NCBI GenBank assembly: GCA_046593035.1
Contig: JBKJSC010000201.1
Coordinates: 2,273 to 66,272, forward strand
DNA: 64,000 nucleotides
Direction: 5' to 3'
DNA from: Limisphaerales bacterium
Lineage (GTDB): Bacteria > Verrucomicrobiota > Verrucomicrobiia > Limisphaerales > JAYTXL01
The notes under the pieces are model-generated. The model did not search any database and was not told the origin of the DNA. It saw nothing but the letters and a program-made list of their open reading frames with translations. The position numbers and the translations under genes are program-made. Of the stretch, positions 39,571 to 49,134 are shown in pieces. Position 1 is the stretch's first letter, and each line of letters opens with the position of its first letter.

Positions 39571-40977
39571 ATGAATCAAAAAGAACATCAACCTCAGTTA
39601 ACCGACTATTTTTCCACCCGCCGCCAGTTCCTTCAACGCTTCGGCATGGGCTTCGGCGCGCTGGGCCTGGCGACCCTGATCGAGCCGGAAATTTTTTCCG
39701 GATTGAGCGCCCAGGCCGCTACCAGTCTTTCCCCGCTGGCACCCCGGCCGTCGCATTTTCCCGGCAAAGCCAAGCGCGTCATCCATATTTTCTCCCAGGG
39801 CGGCCCCTCCCATCTCGACACGTGGGATCCGAAACCTGAGCTGGCCAAACACGCGGACAAAAACGTCCCGCTCATCGGCGGGATTCCACTCGCGTCGCCG
39901 TTCAAATTCACCAAGACCGGCAAGTCTGGCGTGGAGGTCAGCGAAGTTTTTCCGCGCATCGGCGAGTGCATCGACGACATCGCCGTCATTCGCTCGATGC
40001 ACACCGACATTCCGTCGCATGAGTTTGCCACCGTGTTGATGAACACCGGGTCCGGTCGTCTCGTGAAGCCGTCGGTCGGCTCGTGGGTGCTGTATGGATT
40101 GGGATCAGAGAACCAGAACCTGCCCGGCTTCGTCGCGCTGGGCGGCGGCTTGGGCGGCTCGCAAAACTGGCGCTCGGCATTTTTGCCGGGGGCCTTTCAA
40201 GGCACGCTTGTCAGCAACGTCAGCACCAGCCCGGAGAAAATTATCGAGAACATCAAGAGCCATCATGCGTCGCTGCCGGAGCAACGTGAGCAACTGGACT
40301 TGCTGAAACAGCTCAACGAAAAGCACAGCGAAAACCTCAAGCGCGAAGCGCCGCTCGAAGCGCGCATCCAATCGTTTGAGCTGGCGTTCAAGATGCAGAC
40401 CGAAGCCACCGACGCGTTTGACAGCAGCAAGGAGCCGAAAAACATTCGCGACTCGTACGGTGACACCGACATGGGCCGGCGGATGCTCGTGGCCCGGCGA
40501 TTGGTGGAACGCGGCGTCCGCTTCGTGCAAGTCTGGGCCGGCGGCTGGGATCATCACAGCAACTTGGAAACCGCACTGCGCCGCCAGGCGACCGCTGTTG
40601 ACCAACCGATCGGCGCGCTGCTCAAAGACCTCAAAGCACGCGGCATGTTGGAAGACACGCTGGTGCTCTGGGGCGGAGAATTCGGGCGCACCCCGCGCTA
40701 CGACCGTGGCGGCAAGGGCGATCCCGGTCGCGACCATCACCACAAAGGTTTTTGCGCCTGGATGGCTGGCGGCGGCGTCAAGGGCGGCCAAGCTTATGGC
40801 GCGACCGACGAGTTCGGCTACAACGCCGTCGAGAACAAGGTGCATATTCACGATCTGCACGCGACGATTCTCAACCAGCTTGGCTTCGACCATGAAAAGC
40901 TGACCTATCGCTATAATGGCCGCGATTTCCGCCTCACGGACGTGTACGGAAACGTGGTCAAAGGTCTCATTGCTTGA
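39571..40977 (+). CDS. DUF1501 family protein with Tat signal
   Basis: TRRQFL, GGPSHLDTWDPKP, GEFGRTP, GRDHH and GRDFRLTDV. Confidence 0.92.
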   Translation: MNQKEHQPQLTDYFSTRRQFLQRFGMGFGALGLATLIEPEIFSGLSAQAATSLSPLAPRPSHFPGKAKRVIHIFSQGGPSHLDTWDPKPELAKHADKNVPLIGGIPLASPFKFTKTGKSGVEVSEVFPRIGECIDDIAVIRSMHTDIPSHEFATVLMNTGSGRLVKPSVGSWVLYGLGSENQNLPGFVALGGGLGGSQNWRSAFLPGAFQGTLVSNVSTSPEKIIENIKSHHASLPEQREQLDLLKQLNEKHSENLKREAPLEARIQSFELAFKMQTEATDAFDSSKEPKNIRDSYGDTDMGRRMLVARRLVERGVRFVQVWAGGWDHHSNLETALRRQATAVDQPIGALLKDLKARGMLEDTLVLWGGEFGRTPRYDRGGKGDPGRDHHHKGFCAWMAGGGVKGGQAYGATDEFGYNAVENKVHIHDLHATILNQLGFDHEKLTYRYNGRDFRLTDVYGNVVKGLIA

Positions 40978-41055
40978 GGCGCGATTGTTTCGGCGATTGA
41001 TCCCAACTGCGCAACCTGCTCGAACCAGCGCCTGTCCCAGCACGCATTGATACGA

Positions 41056-44000
41056 ATGAAACCTACGCAATCAAATCGACGCAGCGTTTTTCTGGCGCTC
41101 ATCTTGAGCGCGTTCACCGCATCGGCCTCGGCGGCAGCCACGAAGCTGTCGCCGGAACAGTCCGAGTTTTTCGAGAAGAAAATCCGCCCCGTGCTGGTGG
41201 CCAGTTGTTATCAATGTCACAGTGCCGAAACGAACAAAGTCAAAGGTGGCCTTTACCTGGATTCACGGGAAGCCCTGCTGAAAGGCGGAGACAGCGGGCC
41301 GGCCTTTGTGTCGGGCAAGCCGGACAAAAGTCTTTTGATTAAAGCGATTCGCGGCACGGATCCGGACATGGTCATGCCGCCCAAAGGCGACAAGCTCACG
41401 CCGGGGCAGATCGCGGATTTCGAGAAATGGATCGTGATGGGCGCGCCCGATCCGCGCGAAGCCACCACGGGAGCCAAAGGCCTGGCGGTGGACATGGCCA
41501 AAGCCAAAGCGCACTGGGCATTTCAACCCATTGCCAATCCGGCGACACCTAAAGTGAAAGATTCCAAGGGCTGGGTGCAGACACCGATCGACGCCTTTGT
41601 GCTCGCCAAGCTCCAGGAAAAAGGTCTGACGCCGTCGCCCAAGGCGGACAAGCGGACGCTCATTCGCCGCGCCACTTTTGATCTCACCGGCCTGCCGCCC
41701 ACGCCGGATGAAGTAAGCGCCTTTCTCGCGGACAACTCCAAGGATGCCTTCGCCAAAGTGGTGGATCGCCTGCTCGCCTCCGCGCGCTATGGCGAACGTT
41801 GGGGGCGTCACTGGCTGGATGTCGCGCGTTATGCCGACAGCAGTGGCGACCGTGCCGGCGGCAAACGAATTGATCCCCGCTATCCGTACGCCTGGACGTA
41901 TCGCGACTACGTCATCAACGCCTTCAACCAGGATTTGCCGTACGACAAGTTCATCCTCCAGCAAATCGCGGCGGACAAACTTTCCTCCGGTGAAGGCCGC
42001 GATGTATTGGCCGCGATGGGATTTCTGACGGTCGGCAAACGGTTCATGGGCAATGAAAACGAGGTGATCGACGACCGCATCGACGTGGTGATGCAAGGCT
42101 TGATGGGCCTGACCGCCGCTTGCGCCCGCTGCCACGACCACAAGTTCGACCCCATTCCGACGAAGGATTATTATTCTCTGCACGGCGTGTTCGCCAGTTC
42201 AATGGAACCGTCCGAGGAGCCGATCATTGCGGAACCGAAATCGAAGGAGGCCTATGAGGATTTTCTGAAGCAGATGGCGGTGATTGAAGATGAGGTCAAG
42301 GCGTTCCACAAAACCGAGTCGGCCAAACTTCTGAGCGGCATGCGCGAAAAGGCCGCAAGCTATCTGCTCGTAGCGCATACTCTGACGCAAGACAGCGGCA
42401 AAGCCAACCGCAACACGCTCGCCCGAAAATACAATCTGGAGTTCGCCGTTTTGGAAAACTGGGAAGCAAGCATGAAACGCTGGGCCAAGAATCCGGACGC
42501 GGTGCTGAACCCGTGGTTTGCCTTCGCCGCGCTCGCCGAGAGTAATTTTGCCGAGGAAGCGAAGAAAGTTTGCGCGGAGCTGGGCAAGTCCGACAAACCC
42601 GCGAACGCCCTGCTTGTGCAGGCCTTTTCCGCCACGCCGCCCGCGTCGATGGATGACGTGTCCAAAGTCTATGGCCGCGTGTTTGCCGACGTGAACAAGG
42701 CATGGAATGACGCGTTGGCCTCGGCGAAAAACTCCGAGCCGCCCCGTTGCCTGGAAGACCCGAACCAGGAGGCCGTCCGCCAGCTTCTCTACGGCGACCA
42801 ATCACCGGTGCAGATGAACGAGCGCGTGTTGCGGCGTCTGCTCGGCAATCAATTCCAGAACCGCGAGAACGCCATCCGTGCCAAAGCGGTGGGCCTGCGC
42901 ATGACTCATCCCGGTTCACCGGCTCATGCGATGGTGTTGGAGGACTCGCCGAAGCCTCGGAATTCGCGTGTCTTCGTTCGGGGCGAACCGTCGAACGTCG
43001 GCCCCGTGGTGCCGCGGCAGTTTCTGGAAATTCTGGCCGGCGACAAGCGCGAACCGTTCAAGAACGGCAGCGGACGTCTTGAACTGGCCGAAGCCATCGT
43101 CCGCCGCGACAACCCGCTCACCGCCCGCGTGCTCGTGAACCGCGTGTGGCAGCGCCATTTCGGCGAGGCCATCGTGCGCACGCCGAGCGATTTCGGCCTG
43201 CGTTCCGAGCCGCCCACGCACCCGCAATTGCTCGATCATCTTGCGACCTGGTTCATGGATCACGGCTGGTCGCTCAAAAAATTGCACCGGCAGATCATGC
43301 TTTCCAGCGTGTATCAGCAGGACAGCAAGGGGAATGAGAAAGGCCTCGTGGTGGATCCAGCCAATCAATGGCTCTGGCGGATGAACCTGCAGCGGCTGGA
43401 TTTTGAGGAGGTTCGCGACTCACTGCTCTTCGTCGGCGGCACCCTTGATTACACGATGGGTGGCCCGTCCGTCAGCGTGGCTGAGAGCGCGGCGTATCGC
43501 GGCAAAGGAAATCCAGAAAAACGCAAAGGCATGGACACGGGTGCCGATGACGCCACGCTCGCCGCCCGGCGCACGGTGTACGCCTTGATCGACCGCGACC
43601 GGCTCCCGGAATTGTTCCGCATCTTTGATTTCGCCAATCCCGACATGACTTCCGGGCAGCGCTTCATGACGACGGTGCCGCAGCAAGCCCTGTTCATGAT
43701 GAACAGCCCGTTGGTGGCCGATCAGGCCAAGGCACTGCTGCGGCGGCCGGAGTTCCAATCGCTCGACGGCGAGGCGCGCGTCAAAATGCTTTACCGGATT
43801 CTCTTCCAGCGCACGCCGGGCGCGGACGATGTAAAGGTCGGCCTGCAATTCGTAAAAGCGCATGGCGGGCTGTCCCCGCAGAAGGCACCCAACCCGTCGT
43901 GGAAATACGGGATCGGTGTTTACAACCCGGAGGTGAGGCGACTGAAAAACTTTACCGAGTTCAACGATTTTACCGACGAAACGTGGAAGCTCAAGGGCAA

Positions 44001-44490
44001 GGCGGCGGTTTTGAAACTGGATGCCCACGGTGGTCAGACCGGGCCGGATCAACGAACCTTGGCCGTCCGCCGCTGGGTTTCGCCCGTCGATGGTTTTGTG
44101 TCCATCGAAGGGACACTGGCCCATCAAGAACCGAAGGACGGCGCGGGCGTGCAAGCCGCCATCCTCTCCAGCCGGTCGGGCGAGTTGGGCCGCTGGACGG
44201 CGCGCGCGGGCGAGAGCACGGTCGCGGTGGCGCGGGTGGAAGTGAAGAAAGGCGACACGATTGATTTCCTCACCGGCCCGCAGGGCAAATCGGATGGCGA
44301 GCGGTTCACCTGGGTGCCGACGATCAACCTGCTGGATGTGAATCCCAACGACCAGCCCGACGAGATTCACGAGTGGGATGCCCTGGCACAGTTTCACGGC
44401 CCGCTCGAAGCCGGGCCGAAGGGTCTGAACGCCTGGGAGAAATTCGCGCAAGTGCTGCTGCTCACCAACGAATTCATTTTCTTAAACTGA
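41056..44490 (+). CDS. Planctomycete cytochrome c + DUF1549 + DUF1553 protein
   Basis: FFEKKIRPVL..CYQCH, CARCHDHKFDP, NPLTARV and VPQQALFMMN. Confidence 0.92.
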   Translation: MKPTQSNRRSVFLALILSAFTASASAAATKLSPEQSEFFEKKIRPVLVASCYQCHSAETNKVKGGLYLDSREALLKGGDSGPAFVSGKPDKSLLIKAIRGTDPDMVMPPKGDKLTPGQIADFEKWIVMGAPDPREATTGAKGLAVDMAKAKAHWAFQPIANPATPKVKDSKGWVQTPIDAFVLAKLQEKGLTPSPKADKRTLIRRATFDLTGLPPTPDEVSAFLADNSKDAFAKVVDRLLASARYGERWGRHWLDVARYADSSGDRAGGKRIDPRYPYAWTYRDYVINAFNQDLPYDKFILQQIAADKLSSGEGRDVLAAMGFLTVGKRFMGNENEVIDDRIDVVMQGLMGLTAACARCHDHKFDPIPTKDYYSLHGVFASSMEPSEEPIIAEPKSKEAYEDFLKQMAVIEDEVKAFHKTESAKLLSGMREKAASYLLVAHTLTQDSGKANRNTLARKYNLEFAVLENWEASMKRWAKNPDAVLNPWFAFAALAESNFAEEAKKVCAELGKSDKPANALLVQAFSATPPASMDDVSKVYGRVFADVNKAWNDALASAKNSEPPRCLEDPNQEAVRQLLYGDQSPVQMNERVLRRLLGNQFQNRENAIRAKAVGLRMTHPGSPAHAMVLEDSPKPRNSRVFVRGEPSNVGPVVPRQFLEILAGDKREPFKNGSGRLELAEAIVRRDNPLTARVLVNRVWQRHFGEAIVRTPSDFGLRSEPPTHPQLLDHLATWFMDHGWSLKKLHRQIMLSSVYQQDSKGNEKGLVVDPANQWLWRMNLQRLDFEEVRDSLLFVGGTLDYTMGGPSVSVAESAAYRGKGNPEKRKGMDTGADDATLAARRTVYALIDRDRLPELFRIFDFANPDMTSGQRFMTTVPQQALFMMNSPLVADQAKALLRRPEFQSLDGEARVKMLYRILFQRTPGADDVKVGLQFVKAHGGLSPQKAPNPSWKYGIGVYNPEVRRLKNFTEFNDFTDETWKLKGKAAVLKLDAHGGQTGPDQRTLAVRRWVSPVDGFVSIEGTLAHQEPKDGAGVQAAILSSRSGELGRWTARAGESTVAVARVEVKKGDTIDFLTGPQGKSDGERFTWVPTINLLDVNPNDQPDEIHEWDALAQFHGPLEAGPKGLNAWEKFAQVLLLTNEFIFLN

Positions 44491-44514
44491 GCGGGCGCTT
44501 TCTTCACCTTACCC

Positions 44515-45012
44515 ATGATCACCTGCAGGTTCACCCTTCTGTTGGCAGTGTGCTGGGGCATATCTTCGAATGCCCAAGAAGTCAAATTGATGAGCGGATT
44601 GTCCCCGAAGCTCAGAATATTTCTGATGGAGCATCCTCCGGCCCGAACGGTGCTAACCAATGCCATTGTTGAGACATATTCGAAGAAAACAGTTTCACTG
44701 TATTATTTCTATTCTGATGACGTAAGCGTGCCGAGAGCTGGGCATTTCTACCCTAATACCGTCGCTATGCCAAACGTGGTCATCTACATTCGTGAAAATC
44801 AATCCCCTGCGGACGAATATGTGTGTGTGCTTTTTGAAGTAATTAATTCACAAGCAGAAAAGCGCTTTCTACAATTGGTGCAGGATGCAAAAGATGGAAC
44901 CGTCACAAAATCACAATTTGCTCGAGAGATCTTGAAGGCTGAGTTCGATGCAGCAAAGCGTGTCCGTGACATTGTGAGGTTGCCCCGATTTGACGGACAG
45001 AGAATTGGGTGA
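44515..45012 (+). CDS. Orphan secreted protein, probably 3'-truncated by the miniature IS
   Basis: AT-rich with a signal peptide; the last codons (RLPRFDGQRIG*) are read from the element at 44975. Confidence 0.6.
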   Translation: MITCRFTLLLAVCWGISSNAQEVKLMSGLSPKLRIFLMEHPPARTVLTNAIVETYSKKTVSLYYFYSDDVSVPRAGHFYPNTVAMPNVVIYIRENQSPADEYVCVLFEVINSQAEKRFLQLVQDAKDGTVTKSQFAREILKAEFDAAKRVRDIVRLPRFDGQRIG

Positions 45013-45070
45013 ACAATTGCAGATCGAAACTATGAAACCAACCTCTGTCCGTCAAATCGGGGCAACCTCA
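44975..45070. mobile_element. 96-bp MITE / internally deleted IS3-like element
   Basis: Perfect 28-bp inverted repeats tgaggttgccccgatttgacggacagag / ctctgtccgtcaaatcggggcaacctca, TG...CA ends, 40-bp interior. Confidence 0.8.
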
Positions 45071-45111
45071 ATGGGGTCCAAACGGACATCCACCAACACC
45101 TTGACAATCAA

Positions 45112-45609
45112 ATGAAAAGAGTGCTTCGACTGTTACTTGGGTGTCACGTGTTGGTTCTCCTATCGTGCGACCCACCAATGGGTTCACAACGTGTTGATGT
45201 AAAATGGCTTAATAATACCAGTGAAGACGTGGTGATATACAGTGGAGGTTTTCGCCACTATTGGAGCAAAGCAACCGTCCCAGCTGGCTCTTGGTGCGTG
45301 GGTGCTCCTGCTGGCGAAATGGAAATACGAGGCAAGCATCATGCTTGGCATTACCATGATTTTATTTTATCTCGTGATCTTGCCAGAAAAGAGGGCCCTC
45401 TATCGGTTGTGACCGTTCAGATTGAAACCAACGGTGCATTGCATTACTTACTCCCAGGCACGAGTAGTATTCAAAGTCGTCTGCCTGCACAACCGTCTGG
45501 ATTCCCGCATGTACCGAGATATCGCTTGGATCTCAGTACGAATTCATTGTCAGCGGGCAGTCAAAACCAGCCAGGAGTGGGCAGTTCAAAACCAGCCGCT
45601 TTGAGGTGA
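45112..45609 (+). CDS. Orphan lipoprotein, AT-rich
   Basis: MKRVLRLLLGCHVLVLLS-C lipobox-like leader. Confidence 0.6.
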   Translation: MKRVLRLLLGCHVLVLLSCDPPMGSQRVDVKWLNNTSEDVVIYSGGFRHYWSKATVPAGSWCVGAPAGEMEIRGKHHAWHYHDFILSRDLARKEGPLSVVTVQIETNGALHYLLPGTSSIQSRLPAQPSGFPHVPRYRLDLSTNSLSAGSQNQPGVGSSKPAALR

Positions 45610-46055
45610 ACATTGCGTCGGGTGCGGCCAATGCCGCACAAGAACGCAATTGTTACGAACTTATTTGACGTCGTAAGAATGACCGATTTGGCGTCGTAAG
45701 GTTTTTTGGGTGTTGGCCGCACTGCCGTCGTACTTCGTGGCCAAATAGCCACGCTCCGATCGTAAGGTTGGGACACGGTTGGACATTTTCTGATCTTCAA
45801 GGGAGTTCCGGACTTTTCACCGCACTGGCATCGCCAGCCGGGTTTTTTGACTCAGCTCCAGTTTTTGGCCCCCATTGGCATCGTAAGATTGCGACGCCAG
45901 CGGTTTGTTTATGTTTCCGTGATCTGGCGCATGGCATCATGGAAGGATTGAATCCTTCCGCCCCTCCCCCTACAATGCAGGTGTTATGTAACCGCCGGAA
46001 GGCCGTCCGTTCGGCGGGCGACGGTGAATCCACATTCCGCTGGGCGAGTTGAGTT

Positions 46056-46955
46056 ATGCTAGACTTTATTTCGGACTTGATCAGTGGTTTGAGATCAGTG
46101 GCGGATTATCCGCTGGTCACCGTGGGCGAAAGCCACCTGACACTCACCGGGATTTTTACCTTAACCCTGCTGTTCGCCGTGGTGATTTTTGGTGAACATC
46201 TGCTGCGCCGCTACTTCATCCTGCGGTTGCTCAAGCGAACCCATCTGGAACCGTCGCTGCAATTCGCCGTCGGCCGCATCATCGGCTACGCCATCATGGC
46301 GATGGGTTTCTACATCGCCTTCCTCACGGTGGGGATCAACCTGAGTTCGCTCGCCGTGCTGGCGGGCGCGGTGGGCGTGGGCCTGGGCTTCGGGCTGCAA
46401 AACATCATCAGCAATTTCATCAGCGGCCTGATCATCCTGGCCGAGCGACCGATCGCGATTGGCGACCGCATCGTGGTCGGCGGCGTGGCGGGGCAGGTGC
46501 AGAAGATCAGCCTGCGCAGCACCACGGTGCTGACCAACGACAACATTTCCATCATCGTCCCGAACGCGGATTTCATCACGCACGCCGTCACCAACTGGAG
46601 CCATAAAGATCCGCGAGTCCGCTTCCACATCCCCGTCGGCGTGGCGTATGGAACGGACATGGACAAGTTACGTCGGCTGATGCTGGAGGTCGCGGCGGAA
46701 CACCCCAAGGCGCTCAAAGACCCGGCCCCGGAAGTGTTCCTGGCCAGTTTCGGCGACCACGCGCTCAACGTGGAACTGATCATTTGGTCCGAGGAAATGA
46801 CCTTCAGCCCAGACACATTTCGGAGCGATCTCAATTTCGCGCTCGAGAGAAAATTCCGGGAAAACAAAATTGAAATTCCCTTTCCGCAGCACGACTTGCA
46901 CCTGCGAACGGGCAGTTTCGTAACCAACCCCACGCCACCGAAGACCGCGCCTTAA
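46056..46955 (+). CDS. mscS: Small-conductance mechanosensitive channel
   Basis: GVGLGFGLQNIISNFISGLIIL, ISLRST, IIVPN and IEIPFPQ. Confidence 0.93.
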   Translation: MLDFISDLISGLRSVADYPLVTVGESHLTLTGIFTLTLLFAVVIFGEHLLRRYFILRLLKRTHLEPSLQFAVGRIIGYAIMAMGFYIAFLTVGINLSSLAVLAGAVGVGLGFGLQNIISNFISGLIILAERPIAIGDRIVVGGVAGQVQKISLRSTTVLTNDNISIIVPNADFITHAVTNWSHKDPRVRFHIPVGVAYGTDMDKLRRLMLEVAAEHPKALKDPAPEVFLASFGDHALNVELIIWSEEMTFSPDTFRSDLNFALERKFRENKIEIPFPQHDLHLRTGSFVTNPTPPKTAP

Positions 46956-46963
46956 GTGGCGCG

Positions 46964-47944
46964 TTAGATCACGAACGCCAGCGCGCCGAGCGCCGCCGCG
47001 AGCAGCCAGATCAACAACACCGCCGTCGATTTGCTCAGACTCTGACGCACGAGGCGATGCGAGAGGTGATTCGTGTCGCCGATGTAAAACGGCTGGCCCA
47101 GCCGCCAGCGCAGCAGGACCACCCAGACGAGATCGCCCAGCGGCACGGCGAGAATCAACAGGGGACTGAACACCGCGAGTTTGTGCGGGCTTTGCGCCGT
47201 GTAAAAATGCGGCAGAATGGCCAGCACCGCGAGGAGATAACCGACCAAGTGACTGCCGGCGTCGCCGAGAAAAGCACTCGCGGCGGGGAAATTATACGGG
47301 AGGAAACCCAACAACGCACCGCACGCCAGCAGCGCGAGCAGCGCGACCAGATATTGTCCGTGCGCCATGGCGATCAAGGCGAAGCACGCGCTGCCAATCA
47401 CCCCCAGCCCGGCACAGAGGCCGTTCATGTTGTCCATGAAATTGAAGGCGTTGGTCACGGTGAGAATCCACAAGATCGTCACGACGTAGCTGAACAGGAC
47501 GCTCGGCACGAACAAGGTGATCCGCACGCCAGCGACCGCCACCAAAGCGGCGATGCACAATTGCCCAGAGAATTTCCTGGCCGCACTCAACTCATGTTTG
47601 TCATCCAGCCAGCCGAGCAGCACCATGCCGAGAGCCCCGAACAGAATCACACCCAGTTCTATTGAGCGACGGTCCAGGCCGTGTCCTACCGGCGCAGTGA
47701 CCGGAGCGGATAGCCATTGGAATTTGACCGCCGCTACACCGAGCAGGGTCGGAACAACCAGCCCCGTCATCACCGCCAGCCCACCGGCCAAGGCTACCGG
47801 TGTTTGATGAATCTTGCGGTGACCAGGATCATCCACATGGCCGACGCGCACGCACCAGCGACGCCACAGCGGCAGGCTGGCCAGCGTGGTGAAGAACGCG
47901 CCCAGCAGCGCCAGCAAATAAACGTTGAACGGAAAGCTGGTCAT
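46964..47944 (-). CDS. MraY/WecA-like undecaprenyl-phosphate sugar-1-phosphate transferase
   Basis: RKIH..P..GG, GWLDD, NAFNFMDNMNGL, FLGDAGS and HLSHRL. Confidence 0.9.
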   Translation of the reverse strand: MTSFPFNVYLLALLGAFFTTLASLPLWRRWCVRVGHVDDPGHRKIHQTPVALAGGLAVMTGLVVPTLLGVAAVKFQWLSAPVTAPVGHGLDRRSIELGVILFGALGMVLLGWLDDKHELSAARKFSGQLCIAALVAVAGVRITLFVPSVLFSYVVTILWILTVTNAFNFMDNMNGLCAGLGVIGSACFALIAMAHGQYLVALLALLACGALLGFLPYNFPAASAFLGDAGSHLVGYLLAVLAILPHFYTAQSPHKLAVFSPLLILAVPLGDLVWVVLLRWRLGQPFYIGDTNHLSHRLVRQSLSKSTAVLLIWLLAAALGALAFVI

Positions 47945-49128
47945 TCCGTCGGCGGGTTGTAATTCACGAAATCCAGCGGCCGGCTCAAAATTTGATAGAG
48001 CTTGTGCAGCTCGTCCACCATCCGCTCCACGGGGAATAATTCCTTTACGAGTTCTTGTCCGTGGCGGCCGAGGCGCTCGCGCAACGCCGCGTCGTCGGCC
48101 AGTTGCAGGAGGCGATCCACCAGTCGTTCGGCATCGCCGGGGAGAATCAGGAAACCGGTTTCATTCTCGAAGCACACTTCCCGCGCGCCATCGACATCAC
48201 AGGCCACCACGGGTTTGGCGGCGGCCAGCGCCTGCGGCAAGGCGCGCGGCAGGCCTTCGCGCACCGACAAATGCACCAGCGCGTCCATGACGCCGACATG
48301 ACGCGCCACGTCGCCCGGCGGAATCAGGCCGGTGAAAATAAAATGTTTTTCCAGGCCGAGAATTTTCGCCTGCAATTCAAAGCGGCTGCGCAACGGGCCG
48401 TCGCCCACGAGCAGAAATTTCATCCGGGGACAGCGTTTCACCAGCGCGGGCGCGGCGGCGAACAGATCATCATGTCCCTTGAGATCGAAGAGTCGGGCGA
48501 TCTTGCCGACGACGAAATCGCCGGGCGCAAGGCCCAGCTTCGCGCGCAAGGCCGGGTCGTTGGTGGCGGACAAAAACGGTTCCAGCGGAAAGCCGCTGAA
48601 GATGCGGCTGAACTGCCGCCGCCGGCCAATGCCGGCCGCGAGATATTGTTTGGCCATGGCGTCGGCCACGGTGACGAAGTGCGAGGTGTACTGCGCGACA
48701 TGACGTTCAGCGCGGGTGAACGTCCAGTTGGCGAGCGTCCCTTGAAAGCGCCCGAACGACGGCCCGTGAATGGTGTGAACGATGAGTGGCACGCCCGCGC
48801 GATGCGCGGCCATCCGACCGAGCACGCCCGCCTTGCCGCTGTGCGTGTGAACGATGTCCGGGCGTTGCGCGCGAAAAATATCCGTGAGGCGGCGCAGCGC
48901 GCACCAGTCCAGCCACGGATTTACCGGGCGCACAAGTTCGGGCACAATGGTCAGGAGTTGCGGCACGGACGCGAAGCTGGATTCGAGCGAGCCTTCCGGG
49001 CCGGTCGTGGGACCGGAGATGAGGTTTACTTCCATGTCCGGCTTGGCGCGCAGACCCAGCACGGACGCCACGGTGTTTTCCTGGGCACCGCCGACGATCA
49101 ACCGCGTGATGACGTGGGTGACGCGCAT
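47941..49128 (-). CDS. Glycosyltransferase family 4
   Basis: ITRLIVGGAQEN, HTHSGKAG, KGHDD and EGLPRALPQA. Confidence 0.92.
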   Translation of the reverse strand: MRVTHVITRLIVGGAQENTVASVLGLRAKPDMEVNLISGPTTGPEGSLESSFASVPQLLTIVPELVRPVNPWLDWCALRRLTDIFRAQRPDIVHTHSGKAGVLGRMAAHRAGVPLIVHTIHGPSFGRFQGTLANWTFTRAERHVAQYTSHFVTVADAMAKQYLAAGIGRRRQFSRIFSGFPLEPFLSATNDPALRAKLGLAPGDFVVGKIARLFDLKGHDDLFAAAPALVKRCPRMKFLLVGDGPLRSRFELQAKILGLEKHFIFTGLIPPGDVARHVGVMDALVHLSVREGLPRALPQALAAAKPVVACDVDGAREVCFENETGFLILPGDAERLVDRLLQLADDAALRERLGRHGQELVKELFPVERMVDELHKLYQILSRPLDFVNYNPPTE

Positions 49129-49134
49129 GGTTTT

